Below the pieces are notes generated by a model. That model searched no databases. It saw only the letters and a list, made by a program, of their open reading frames with translations, and had not been told where the DNA came from. A stretch of DNA of 64,000 nt, taken from NCBI GenBank assembly GCA_963740315.1, contig CAVUDP010000002.1, forward strand, positions 1,184,001 through 1,248,000. Reading direction: 5' to 3'. The stretch comes from an uncultured cyanobacterium (GTDB taxonomy: Bacteria; Cyanobacteriota; Cyanobacteriia; Cyanobacteriales; Nostocaceae). Of this stretch, positions 44,543 through 55,171 are shown in pieces; the stretch's first letter is position 1; every line of letters begins with the position of its first letter. The position numbers and the translations under genes are program-made.

Positions 44543-46153
44543 TTAAAAAACCAGAGCCGAATCAACTTGGGAGTGCAAAAGTAAACCGTATTCCAATCCT
44601 TCTACTACTGCCTGATAAGAAGCTTCTAATATATTGTTAGAAACTCCTATGGTTGTCCAGCGCTGTTGTCCGTTTCCTAGTTCTACTATTGCGCGAGTGG
44701 TGGCTGAGGTGCCGCTATGTCCGTTGAGAATCCGGACTTTGTAATCTGTTAGTTCAAATGTATTGATTTGGGGATAGAATTTTACCAAAGCTTTGCGTAA
44801 AGCTGCATCTAAGGCTGCAACAGGTCCGTTTCCTTCGGCTGCTTCCCAAATATCTTCATTGTTGACGGCTACTTTAACTGTTGCCAGAGCTTTGGTTGTT
44901 TCTAAGCCCTTTCCTAAATCGCAGTGAATTTGAAAGCCTTTGACTTGGAACCAGGAGGGACGAGTTTTTAAGGCTTCGCGCATTAATAATTCAAAACTAG
45001 CTTCGGCTGCTTCAAATTGATATCCTTCACTTTCTAATTCTTTGAGGCGCTGTAATATTTCTCGCGTTGCTGGATGATTTTTATCAAGTTCAATGCCGAA
45101 TCCACGGGCTTTAGCTAAAACATTGCTGACTCCGGCTTGTTCTGAAATTACTATGCGGCGAAAATTCCCGACTTTTTCCGGTTCTATATGTTCGTAGGTA
45201 AGGGGATTTTTTTGCACTGCCGATACGTGAATACCTCCTTTGTGGGCAAAAGCCGAACGTCCGACAAAGGGTGCGTGTTCGTCAGGGGCGAGGTTAACTA
45301 CTTCACTGACAAAGCGACTGGCTTGTGCGAGGTTCGATAGCTGGTTATTCTCAATACATTTGTAACCCAGCTTTAACTGTAAGTTCGGTATTAAAGAACA
45401 AAGATTGGCATTACCGCAGCGTTCGCCATAGCCATTGATTGTACCCTGCACCATTTTAACTCCAGCCATGACCCCAGATAAAGCGTTTGCAACTGCCGTA
45501 TCCGAATCGTTATGAGTATGAATTCCCAGTTGAATATTTTGCGGGCAACTTTTGATTACATCGGTAACGATTTGGGAAACTTCGTGAGGTAAAGTGCCGC
45601 CATTTGTATCGCATAAAACCAACCATTCGGCACCAGCTGCGATCGCAGTTTTTATAGTTTGTAAAGCATAGTCGGGGTTGTGCTTGTAGCCATCAAACCA
45701 GTGTTCCGCATCGTATATAACGCGACGACCTTGAGTGCGAAGATACTCGATTGTATCGCGAATCATTTCTAAGTTTTCTGCTAAACTAGTTTTCAGACCT
45801 TCAGAAACGTGTAAATCCCAGGACTTACCGAAAATAGTTACCCATAAAGTTCCCGCTGCAAGAATAGCTTGCAACATTGGCTCGGAACTTGCCTTTTTAT
45901 TAGGTCTGCGAGTCGAACAAAAAGGAACAATTTGTGCTTGTTTGAGTGGTTGTTCTTTCAACTGCCAAAAAAGCTGTACGTCTTTAGGGTTAGCACCGGG
46001 CCAACCACCTTCGATAAAAGGAATTCCTAATTCATCTAATCTCCTAGCGATACGTAATTTATCTTCCAGCGAAACAGATAAGCCTTCACGCTGAGTACCA
46101 TCTCGTAGCGTGGTGTCATACATCCAAAGTTGGTGTGAGGAATTTGCGGTCAT
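44543..46153 (-). CDS. cimA: Citramalate synthase (LeuA family)
   Basis: YDTTLRDGTQREG, IEGGWPGANPKD, GKSWDLHV, HTHND, GERCGNA, AHKGGIH; ATG at 46153. Confidence 0.92.
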   Translation of the reverse strand: MTANSSHQLWMYDTTLRDGTQREGLSVSLEDKLRIARRLDELGIPFIEGGWPGANPKDVQLFWQLKEQPLKQAQIVPFCSTRRPNKKASSEPMLQAILAAGTLWVTIFGKSWDLHVSEGLKTSLAENLEMIRDTIEYLRTQGRRVIYDAEHWFDGYKHNPDYALQTIKTAIAAGAEWLVLCDTNGGTLPHEVSQIVTDVIKSCPQNIQLGIHTHNDSDTAVANALSGVMAGVKMVQGTINGYGERCGNANLCSLIPNLQLKLGYKCIENNQLSNLAQASRFVSEVVNLAPDEHAPFVGRSAFAHKGGIHVSAVQKNPLTYEHIEPEKVGNFRRIVISEQAGVSNVLAKARGFGIELDKNHPATREILQRLKELESEGYQFEAAEASFELLMREALKTRPSWFQVKGFQIHCDLGKGLETTKALATVKVAVNNEDIWEAAEGNGPVAALDAALRKALVKFYPQINTFELTDYKVRILNGHSGTSATTRAIVELGNGQQRWTTIGVSNNILEASYQAVVEGLEYGLLLHSQVDSALVF

Positions 46154-46559
46154 AATTGTAGAGAGTAGAGCAACAATTAAGATTTGTGTCAATATAAAAT
46201 AAGAAAAAGCTAGTTTGGTAGCGTCAGATGCCTGTTTTTTTAGCTCAACCTTAGACAATGATTTTATATGCAATCCCGGTGTTATGGTTTGCAGGCTGAA
46301 GCTTAAATTCTTGTTTGCAGCAGAATGGCATTGACCTTTATAACGACAGTGAATACAGTAATTAAAATTAGCTGTTAGTAATTTTGGTAAGTCTACCGGC
46401 AAAACCTCTGTATGGTTTGGTTCCAATGTTGCTCCGCCCGATTTTCCCAAAGTTAAAATTTTGACAAAAATTAAACGCTTTGGTTTTGGGTAAGGAAAAT
46501 CTGGAATATCAACAAAGAAAAAATACTATTATTTACGCTTGAAAAGGAGTATTACACAA

Positions 46560-46925
46560 ATGGGTAGATGGACACCGTTAATTTTGATGGCGGGTGGCTT
46601 GGCAATTTTGCTAGGTACACTATTAGGCATTAACTTCCCTATGGACGGACGCAACGCTCAAGCTCCCACCGGAGGAAGAAGAGAATCCCAAGTGCTTCCA
46701 GCTAATATTAATGTTAATAGTACTGAAACTGGATCTTCTGGAGAAAATACAAATCAGGAAAGCGTTGCTCAGAATAACAATGATATCAACAGCAGAACTA
46801 TTCGCAGCGTGCCATCAACAACTGCTCAAGGCAACACATCAGGTGATTCTAATAGACCATCAACTAGTGTAGGTCAAAGAAGCAATCAATCTGACAATAA
46901 CGCACCAATTCGCGCTTTATGGTAA
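46560..46925 (+). CDS. Membrane-anchored or secreted low-complexity protein ending in PIRALW
   Basis: AAGGAG RBS, N-terminal TM, S/N/T/Q-rich body. Confidence 0.75.
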   Translation: MGRWTPLILMAGGLAILLGTLLGINFPMDGRNAQAPTGGRRESQVLPANINVNSTETGSSGENTNQESVAQNNNDINSRTIRSVPSTTAQGNTSGDSNRPSTSVGQRSNQSDNNAPIRALW

Positions 46926-47048
46926 AAAATGTTAGTTATTAACAGTCGCTTATAACCTATAAGTTACTTTTTTAAGAGCGATCGGGTGTAAGTTATTAGT
47001 TATTTGTTACTAGTTAATAATAACTAACGACTAATGACCGGCTAAATA

Positions 47049-49085
47049 ATGACTAGTGACGTTTTAATTATTGGTGGCGGTGTTATCGGCTTAGCAACTG
47101 CTATTGAGCTAAAACTACGCGGTGCAAAAGTCACCGCGATCGCCCGAAATCAAAAAGCAGCAGCAACAACAGCCGCAGCAGGAATGTTAGCCCCTTCTGC
47201 CGAACAAATCGCCGATACAGCTATGCTGCAATTGTGCAATCGTTCGCTATCTCTATATCCAGATTGGACGAGAAAATTAGAAGAAATTACAGGTTTAGAT
47301 ACTGGTTATTGGGCTTGCGGTATTTTAGCCCCAGTTTATCAAGGACAAGGGGACAAGGAGACAAGGGGACAAGGAGATAATGTAGGAAATTCTTCCCCCT
47401 CTTCCCCCTCTTCCCCCTCTTCCCCCTCTTCCCCCTCTTCCCCCTCTATTAGATACTGGTTAGATAAACAAACAATCCATCAATACCAACCGGGGTTAAG
47501 TGAAGAAGTAATCGGCGGTTGGTGGTATCCTGAAGATGGTCAAGTAGATAACAGGGCTTTATTTCAAACGCTTTTAAGTGCGGCTGAAAATCTTGGTGTT
47601 GAAATCCAACAAGGTATTACCGTAAAAGGAATTATTCAGCAGCAAGGACAGGTTACTGGCGTACAAACCAATGCTGGCACGTTTCGCGCTTCTGTATACG
47701 TGCTAGCAGCGGGCGCTTGGTGTAATGCATTATTTCCTTTACCCGTGCGTCCTCTCAAAGGGCAAATGTTGAGCGTAAAAGTACCTTTGTCTGCTCATGA
47801 ATTACCTTTAAATAGGGTTTTGTATGGAGATGACATCTACATCGTACCCAGACGCGATCGCAGAATTCTAATTGGGGCAACTGCCGAAGATGTCGGTTTT
47901 ACTCCGGGAAATACGCCAGGAGAAATACAAAAATTACTGAGCGCAGCTATGCGGCTATATCCTCAATTAGAAAATTATCCCATCGATGAATTTTGGTGGG
48001 GATTTCGTCCTGCTACTCCCGATGAATTACCTATTCTCGGTCATAGCTCGTGCAAAAACTTAATATTTGCTACTGGTCATCATCGTAATGGTATTCTGCT
48101 AACACCGATAACAGCAAAGTTAATCGCCGATTTGGTTCTTGAAGAAAAAGCCGATTCGTTGCTAGATCGCTTTCATTATTCACGCTTCTACAATTCTTCG
48201 TGCAAATCTACCATGCTGACTTATGATGCAAGTTTCTCTGGTAATATCTCTTCACAAAACGGGATAACCGCATTACCTATTGAAAATTCAATTCAAGATT
48301 CCAAACTAATTATTGCTGGTAAAGAATTTACATCGCGCTTGATGACAGGTACGGGTAAATATCGAAATATTACCGAAATGCAGCAAAGCGTCGCCGCGAG
48401 TGAATGTCAAATAGTTACAGTTGCGGTACGCAGAGTTCAAACCAACGCCCCAGGACATGAAGGTTTAGCCGAAGCATTAGACTGGAGCAAAATTTGGATG
48501 TTGCCCAACACAGCTGGATGTAAAACCGCAGAAGAAGCAATTCGCGTTGCCCGTTTGGGAAGAGAAATGGCGAAAATTCTCGGACAAGAAGATAATAATT
48601 TCATCAAATTAGAAGTTATTCCCGACGCAAAATATCTACTTCCAGACCCCATCGGCACCCTGCAAGCCGCCGAGCAACTAGTAAAAGAAGGCTTTGCCGT
48701 ACTCCCCTACATCAACGCCGATCCGATGCTAGCGAAACGCTTAGAAGAAGTCGGTTGTGCCACAGTCATGCCCTTAGCATCCCCAATTGGTTCCGGACAA
48801 GGACTGCAAACCACCGCCAACATCAAAATTATCATTGAAAACGCCAACATCCCAGTTGTAGTAGATGCCGGTATCGGTGCCCCATCCGAAGCAGCCCAAG
48901 CAATGGAAATGGGCGCAGACGCTTTGTTGATAAATAGTGCGATCGCGCTCGCCAAAAATCCACCCGCAATGGCACGCGCCATGAGCATGGCAGCAGTCGC
49001 CGGACGTTTGGCATATCTAGCCGGTAGAATGCCCCTCAAAGATTACGCAAGTGCTTCCTCTCCCTTAACGGGGACTGTGAATTGA
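47049..49085 (+). CDS. thiO-thiG: Glycine oxidase ThiO-thiazole synthase ThiG fusion
   Basis: [23 protein letters not shown], then [37 protein letters not shown]. Confidence 0.96.
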   Translation: MTSDVLIIGGGVIGLATAIELKLRGAKVTAIARNQKAAATTAAAGMLAPSAEQIADTAMLQLCNRSLSLYPDWTRKLEEITGLDTGYWACGILAPVYQGQGDKETRGQGDNVGNSSPSSPSSPSSPSSPSSPSIRYWLDKQTIHQYQPGLSEEVIGGWWYPEDGQVDNRALFQTLLSAAENLGVEIQQGITVKGIIQQQGQVTGVQTNAGTFRASVYVLAAGAWCNALFPLPVRPLKGQMLSVKVPLSAHELPLNRVLYGDDIYIVPRRDRRILIGATAEDVGFTPGNTPGEIQKLLSAAMRLYPQLENYPIDEFWWGFRPATPDELPILGHSSCKNLIFATGHHRNGILLTPITAKLIADLVLEEKADSLLDRFHYSRFYNSSCKSTMLTYDASFSGNISSQNGITALPIENSIQDSKLIIAGKEFTSRLMTGTGKYRNITEMQQSVAASECQIVTVAVRRVQTNAPGHEGLAEALDWSKIWMLPNTAGCKTAEEAIRVARLGREMAKILGQEDNNFIKLEVIPDAKYLLPDPIGTLQAAEQLVKEGFAVLPYINADPMLAKRLEEVGCATVMPLASPIGSGQGLQTTANIKIIIENANIPVVVDAGIGAPSEAAQAMEMGADALLINSAIALAKNPPAMARAMSMAAVAGRLAYLAGRMPLKDYASASSPLTGTVN

Positions 49086-49473
49086 AAAAATGGGGATTGG
49101 GCATTGGGCATTGGGAGTTAGGAGTACTTCGACAAGTCTTACAGTGAGCTACGTCGAACTGCTCAGTAACCTTATTGAGTTAGGAGGGAAGGAAGCGGAG
49201 GAAGCGGAGGAAGCGGAGGAAGCGGAGGAAGCAATTTAAAATTAATTAATATCCCCTGCCTCAAGAGCCTCAAGAGCCTCCCCTGCTCTCATCTCCCCAT
49301 CTCCCCCTCTCCCCATCTCCCCCTCTTCCCCCTCTCCCCATCTCCCCCTCTCCCCATCTCCCCCTCTTCCCCCTCTCCCCATCTCCCCCTCTCCCCATCT
49401 CCCCCTCTCCCCATCCCCAGTGGATATACTTGTCATGTAAAATAATACGAAGACAAAACTAGGATTTTAAATT

Positions 49474-49653
49474 ATGCCCTATACCGAAGAAGAAGGCGGT
49501 CGTTTAAATAATTTCGCTCGCGAACCCAAGGTTTATCAGGCTGAACCTCCCGATCAAAAACAACAAGTAAGCTATCTTGTCTTAGGAATCGTTGCTGCTG
49601 TATTGATTGGCGGTTTATTTTTTGTTGCCTTCACAGTGTCTAACGCTGCTTGA
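49474..49653 (+). CDS. psb34: Psb34/Ssl1498 family PSII assembly protein, 59 aa (not in ORF track)
   Basis: Hand translation MPYTEEEGGRLNNFAREPKVYQAEPP...single TM; LNNFA.EP..Y.A motif. Confidence 0.88.
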   Translation: MPYTEEEGGRLNNFAREPKVYQAEPPDQKQQVSYLVLGIVAAVLIGGLFFVAFTVSNAA

Positions 49654-49693
49654 GAAAAATTTCTAACAAAAATTTATCTGTTTTTGGTATAAC

Positions 49694-49725
49694 AGGTTCC
49701 ACTTTTTTTAGGAGCCTGATTTTTT
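49694..49725 (+). terminator. Probable intrinsic terminator after psb34
   Basis: aggttcc...ggagcct stem followed by a T run. Confidence 0.55.
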
Positions 49726-49916
49726 ATTTGTTAGAATGCCAAAGATTATTAAGTATAAAATAAAACTTGTTTTCTCAGTAAAAGCTTAAAGACCGGATTT
49801 TTCCTGAGCAATGCAATAATTACTTGAAAATCGTAGTCAAAGTCACAACTAAGGTTGCTACTTATATATACCCATTTTTGGGAAGGTAAACTGCATTTGG
49901 CTGATGATGAGCCGCT

Positions 49917-52142
49917 ATGAGCTTAAAGGATACTATATCGAATAATGACCCTTGGAACCGGCAAGTATATCACCGCTTGAAACTTGCTTTAGGTTTGGGC
50001 TTGCGAAGACAAATTTTCATAGCGGTATGTGACGATTTAAACTTGAGAAATCAGGTAGCGGCTCGTTTGCATTCAACTTTGGCATATCCGGTAGGGCAGG
50101 TTTTGTATCAGCCAATTGATACGCAATTTGAAGCTAGTACACCTGCTTATCCGCGATTAGTCACTTTACGGTTGAATCTAAACGATCCAAATCCCATAGC
50201 GCAGATAAATCAATGGTTAGTTAATTATCCGCCGCCGGTTGTAGGTGGTTCCCAAGATGTGCCGGGAAAGGCTTTACCAATTCCGTCATTTCAAGTGGTG
50301 GGTATGGAACAGTTAACTAGACAACCTGTTGCCATACAACGTTTATTTTTACATTATTTGCGTCTAACTGAACAGCAACTATCAAGTCAGGGAGATAGCA
50401 GATTTTTAGAATCAAGCTTGTTACTATGGGTTCCACGCCCGTGGTTACGTGCAATTCAACAGTCTGCGCCACAGTTTTGGCGGAGTCGAACGGGTGTATT
50501 TTTGTTTGCCGGAGAACCAACTCCAACAACTCCAACTAGAAGTGCGCCACGACGTTTTTCCGCTCACAGAATAGATTTAGACTCTGTGGAAGAAGCGATC
50601 GTAAACGAAGAATTGACAACACCTCCAGGAGATTTTGAGTTTGAGGAAGATTTAGTTCCACCACCGCAAACGCCTCGTAAATCTTTGCACCCCTCAGCGG
50701 AATCATTAAGTGCAAAGCAAGAAAATCCGCTATCGGAATTAGAAATATTTACTCCTGGAATGCAGCAGGAGGAAAATACCGAACTCAACCGCAGAAGTGA
50801 TTCGAGCAATATTGTTCCATCAGCATCAGATTTACCTCATATTAGTCAGGAATTAACCGAGCTAATATTGGCGACTATCGGTACTACGGTAGCTGGCGAT
50901 CGCGAGCAGAACTTGCAAGTACAGCAAATTTTGCAAGAAATTGAAGAATTACATTCGCAGCAAACGAATGATAAAGATATTGCAGCTGCTTATTATCGTT
51001 TAGGAAATATATATCGCGTCCGCATCGAACAAGGACAATCGACTTTAGAAAACTTAATGGTGGCAATTCTGGCATATCAGGAATCAATTTCTTATGATGA
51101 TTCTTCGCCTATAGTGCCAGATATATTAAATGATTTAGGTACGCTTTACTGGATGCTGTACCGCACGCCACCTAACTCTCAAGAAGGTCCGGCTTATATC
51201 GAGCAGGGTATTGAATTTTACGAGTTAGCGCTGAAGTTGATTTCACCAGAAACGCATTCCGAAACATACGCGAGAGTGCAAAACAACCTGGGAACCGCTT
51301 ATGGTGATTTAGCTCGTTTTAATAATCCCGATCGCAACTGGCAAAATGCAGTAACAGCATATACCGAGGCTCTACGTTTTCGTACTGCCGAAATGGAACC
51401 TTTAAAGTATGCAGCTTGCCAAAATAATTTAGGTACGGCTTACTGGCATCTAGCGCAATATAATCAGCCCGTAGCAAACTTAAAGCAAGCTGTAGTAGCT
51501 TACAACGAAGCCGTCGTTCATTATAATTCCGGGCAAGAACCGTTGAAATACGGCATGATTCAAAACAATATTGGTACGGCTCACTGGAATCTTGCCCAAT
51601 ACGAGCAGCCAGCAGAAAATTTGCAATTAGCCATTGATGCTTATACGGAAGCATTAATATATCGGACTCCAGCAAACGTTCCCACAGCTTGTGCCGCGAC
51701 ACAGAATAATCTCGGTACAGCTTATTGGCATTTAGCGAATCAACCCGATACAGAAAAACATGAGAAATTACAGTATTTAAAAATGTGTGTCGAGGCTTAT
51801 GATGAAGCCTTAGCTTTAGCTCATTCACTCAAAGGTGTAACATTAAGTTTCGATGTCTTTGCCACTCATAATAATTTGGGTTTAGCATACTATCAGCTAG
51901 CAACAGATAAATTTTTTACAGAAGATAAATCTATTCGTTCCCAGCATTTAGAAAAAGCATTAGAAAATCATTTACAAGCTTTGAGTGGAATAAATCAAGA
52001 ATCAGAAACCCATCAAAGCACAATTACCTACATAGTCAAAACAATTCGCGGCTTTCACGATGAATTAGGAATTCAAGGACAAAATGTAGCTTTATCTAAA
52101 ATTCCCGGACAATTGTTACCGGAGATTTTGCCGAAGCTTTAA
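49917..52142 (+). CDS. Tetratricopeptide repeat protein
   Basis: Repeated QNNLGTAYW.LA TPR units in the C-terminal half. Confidence 0.92.
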   Translation: MSLKDTISNNDPWNRQVYHRLKLALGLGLRRQIFIAVCDDLNLRNQVAARLHSTLAYPVGQVLYQPIDTQFEASTPAYPRLVTLRLNLNDPNPIAQINQWLVNYPPPVVGGSQDVPGKALPIPSFQVVGMEQLTRQPVAIQRLFLHYLRLTEQQLSSQGDSRFLESSLLLWVPRPWLRAIQQSAPQFWRSRTGVFLFAGEPTPTTPTRSAPRRFSAHRIDLDSVEEAIVNEELTTPPGDFEFEEDLVPPPQTPRKSLHPSAESLSAKQENPLSELEIFTPGMQQEENTELNRRSDSSNIVPSASDLPHISQELTELILATIGTTVAGDREQNLQVQQILQEIEELHSQQTNDKDIAAAYYRLGNIYRVRIEQGQSTLENLMVAILAYQESISYDDSSPIVPDILNDLGTLYWMLYRTPPNSQEGPAYIEQGIEFYELALKLISPETHSETYARVQNNLGTAYGDLARFNNPDRNWQNAVTAYTEALRFRTAEMEPLKYAACQNNLGTAYWHLAQYNQPVANLKQAVVAYNEAVVHYNSGQEPLKYGMIQNNIGTAHWNLAQYEQPAENLQLAIDAYTEALIYRTPANVPTACAATQNNLGTAYWHLANQPDTEKHEKLQYLKMCVEAYDEALALAHSLKGVTLSFDVFATHNNLGLAYYQLATDKFFTEDKSIRSQHLEKALENHLQALSGINQESETHQSTITYIVKTIRGFHDELGIQGQNVALSKIPGQLLPEILPKL

Positions 52143-52154
52143 CGATGAACACTG

Positions 52155-52530
52155 GTAGGTTGGGTTAGACGCACGAAAAAATTTGATTATGAAACAATTA
52201 ATTTAAATTGCGTCGTAACCCAACATCGGTATGAGGCTGCGCTCAATCACCCTCACTCTAAAAGAGTGGGGCTACCCAAACGAAGCCCACCTGCGTGGGC
52301 TAAATTCGGCGCATCTTTATAAAGAAATAGTTTAGTCGTAGGTTGGGTTAGACGCACGATAGATTTAGTTATTAATCGATTTATTTAAATTGCGTCGTAA
52401 CCCAACATCAATATTTAGAATTCATAGGAAATGATCCAACATAGATTTTTGAATGAAGCGCATTGTTTCGTTAGTCGTAGGTTGGGTTAGACGCAGGAAA
52501 AATGAACGTTCCTCAACCCAACCTACGAAT
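52155..52530. repeat. Cluster of REP family C (gtaggttgggtt...aacccaac); further copies at 53041-53082, 53635-53660 and 53766-53826
   Basis: Three adjacent copies with gttgggttagacgca...tgcgtcgtaacccaac arms. Confidence 0.85.
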
Positions 52531-52582
52531 TAACTCCTAAAAAAGCTGGTTTTACCAGGATGTCCCCTCGTATTTCTTCAAA

Positions 52583-53040
52583 TTAAGCGAATCCTGCCTC
52601 AAAACCAATACCTTCATAATTATATTGGGGTATATTATCGATTACAAAATCTCGTTCTTCTATAGAAGATGTAAAGAAATGACCACCTGCTTGGGTGTTG
52701 AAAAAGCGATAAATATCAGCACCAAGATTAGTTTCTGCACCATAGGCATAGAAACCAATACCCTCATAATTATATTGAGATAGGTTATCGATTACATAGT
52801 CACGTTCCTCTGTGGAAGTGGTAAAGAAATGACCGCCTGCTTGGGTATTAAAAAAACGATGTACACCCAGCAAATCGTCTCCTGCGGTACTAGAGGCATC
52901 CATACCAACGCCCTCGTAATTATATTGAGACAGATTATTAATTACATAGTCGCGCTCTTCTGTGGAAGTGGTAAAGAAATGACCGCCTGCTTGTGTATTA
53001 AAAAAACGATAAACAGGGGTAGTTAATGGATTGTTAACTT
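52583..53040 (-). pseudogene. 5'-truncated fragment with three RFFNTQAGGHFFT repeats (DUF5648-like domain of secreted proteins)
   Basis: Frame continues upstream of the listed ATG (NPLTTPVYRFFNTQAGGHFFT) and hits a TGA inside a REP without a start codon. Confidence 0.75.
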
Positions 53041-53099
53041 CTAGATTATGTTGGGTTTCGTTCCCTCAACCCAACCTACAAACTATCGAACTTCCTTAA

Positions 53100-53530
53100 T
53101 ATTCAAGATACTCGAACCGAGCATCGCTTAATTCATCCATAGCTTCCGTCGGGTAATCGCAGGTTCCAAATAAAGTCTTCATGAATTCGGAATACGGACT
53201 CAATATTGATAGCATCCCCTCAAGCTAGTGCGAACCAAAATGGCTTCTTGAGATTAGTGAAGAACAAATTAGTTATTCGCCAAAACTTGCTCTAGTCAAA
53301 ACAGCTTCCCACAAATAGGGTTCACTCAAGTTAACATCACGCCAATCAACTCTACATAAATTAGCACAATCCAAATCGGCTTTACTCAAGTTAACAATCA
53401 ATCAAAGTACTTTCAACCCTGCACGCTCCAAAGAACAACCACGCTTCACTCAAATCACTATTGTCAATCCTAACTCCATTTAGGTCAGGTTAACTCCATC
53501 TTAAATTAATTCGTCTTAAATAGCGTCTTT
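53100..53530 (-). pseudogene. Decayed pentapeptide repeat gene
   Basis: Minus-strand remnants VNLSKADLDCANLCRVDWRDVNLSE and IWNL..RLPDGS, broken by stops and frameshifts; boundaries approximate. Confidence 0.65.
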
Positions 53531-53848
53531 AATAATCTTTACGATTTCAGATAAAATCCAGCATAAATCGTCGCCAACATCATATTTTTCGTAACCAACA
53601 TCAGTAGTCAAAATTTAATAATTAATCTATTAATTAAATTGCGTCGTAACCCAACATCAGTATTTTGATTTCAGATGAAATTACGATGGTGTACATTTTT
53701 GAATGAAGCGGTTTGTTTCGTTGGATATTTAATCTTGTTTTAGTTGAATTATCTAGTTTAGTTTTCTAGATTATGTTGGGTTGTGCCTCCGGCACACCTA
53801 GCGGTGACTTCAACCCAACCTACAAATCAATCCCCAATCCCCAATCAC

Positions 53849-54721
53849 CTATTCCCCATGCTCTCCTACTTTAATTGCTTCAAACAAGGATGAATAATCT
53901 TCGTTTTTCATTGCCATTTTCATTGCCATGTCGAGGATTTCTCGCACGCCTTGAATACTGCTGACGTTTAATCCGGCTTCTTTGGCTTCTTCAATAAAGT
54001 ACTCTGTGTCTTTGACTAAGTGTTTTAAGGGGAAGTTGGGATTGGCGTAATTTCCATCTACCATCCGCTGTAACTTTTTATCAAAGGTAGGCGCGTAAAC
54101 CGCACTTTCACGCAAAATCTGCATAAATATGTCTGGATTAATACCCTGACTTTGGATAAATCCGAGACTAAGCCCAAAGGCTGAAGTTAAAGATGCTATT
54201 AGTTGATTTAAAGCTAATTTTAATGCTGCTGCACTGCCTACGGAACCTACAAGTATAGGATCGGGACCGAAATGCTTTAATAATTCTAGGCTCCTTCTGT
54301 ACTGATCTTTCTGTGCGCCTACCATGACAATAAGCTTACCATCTTTGGCTTCAGGTCTGCTGCCAAGTACTGGTGCTTCGATATAATCTCCACCAGCAGA
54401 AACTACTGCATCTCTAATTTCTCTACTTTCTGTGGGGGTGATTGTCCCCATTTGAATAACTTGCTTTCCTTTGACGCTCCTCGAAGACATATCCGAAAGC
54501 AAAACGGTGTAAATTGCTGCGGTGTTAGTAAGCATAAGTACCACATATTCAGCAGCAGCGATCGCCTGATGGGGATGTTCTACAACTTCGGCTCCTGCTG
54601 CTTTTAGAGGTTCTAGTTTTTCTGGGGTACGGTTATAAGCAATCAATTCCACACCTTTGTCTAACAACCTTTGCGCCATCGGTTGTCCCATTAATCCAGT
54701 ACCCAGAAATGCCACCTTCAT
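53849..54721 (-). CDS. NAD(P)-dependent beta-hydroxyacid dehydrogenase (3-hydroxyisobutyrate/glyoxylate reductase family)
   Basis: FLGTGLMGQPMA, YNRT, EAPVLGS, LKLALNQ, FPLKHLVKD. Confidence 0.93.
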   Translation of the reverse strand: MKVAFLGTGLMGQPMAQRLLDKGVELIAYNRTPEKLEPLKAAGAEVVEHPHQAIAAAEYVVLMLTNTAAIYTVLLSDMSSRSVKGKQVIQMGTITPTESREIRDAVVSAGGDYIEAPVLGSRPEAKDGKLIVMVGAQKDQYRRSLELLKHFGPDPILVGSVGSAAALKLALNQLIASLTSAFGLSLGFIQSQGINPDIFMQILRESAVYAPTFDKKLQRMVDGNYANPNFPLKHLVKDTEYFIEEAKEAGLNVSSIQGVREILDMAMKMAMKNEDYSSLFEAIKVGEHGE

Positions 54722-54908
54722 GTTTTAATTCCTTTTTATATTTGTTTTTAAAATGATATAGGAGTTGGGCATTGGGAATTGGTAATCGGTAATTGGTAAT
54801 TAGGTATGAAATATCACCTTTAACCTTACCAACTCCCGTAAAGACGTAGCAGTGCTACGTCTCTACAATTTTTAATCCAAAATCCAAAATCCAAAATCCA
54901 AAATCGAA

Positions 54909-55004
54909 TTAGCCTCCTGCGGCGAATGTCACCATTACCATTACTGAAAGTAAGATTCCGGGAATAAGTAATCCAATTAACATTAATAAGTCGTGGGTAG
55001 ACAT
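54909..55004 (-). CDS. 31-aa single-TM microprotein (not in ORF track)
   Basis: MSTHDLLMLIGLLIPGILLSVMVMVTFAAGG*, AAAGG RBS 8 nt upstream, own intergenic space. Confidence 0.65.
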   Translation of the reverse strand: MSTHDLLMLIGLLIPGILLSVMVMVTFAAGG

Positions 55005-55171
55005 AATTATTACCTTTGTTGTGTTTCTATAGCGTTGTAATTACTGCTATGGTAAACCAACGATCGCGAATATAAGTTGAATAAAGTTTTAACTTTTTCT
55101 ATATTCGCTTATACCAAGGGTTCATAGTAAGGACTTTAGTCCTAAATGCATTAATTACAAAAAAACCAATT

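Noticed and set aside
44344..44584. ORFs made of WGDGEMGR/SPHLPI repeats (also near 38.9, 41.0, 49.2 and 57.5 kb)
   Set aside because: Translations of STRR octamer tracts
46154..46450. 99-aa N-terminal extension of CimA
   Set aside because: Family similarity starts at MTANSSH; the extension crosses a divergent promoter region
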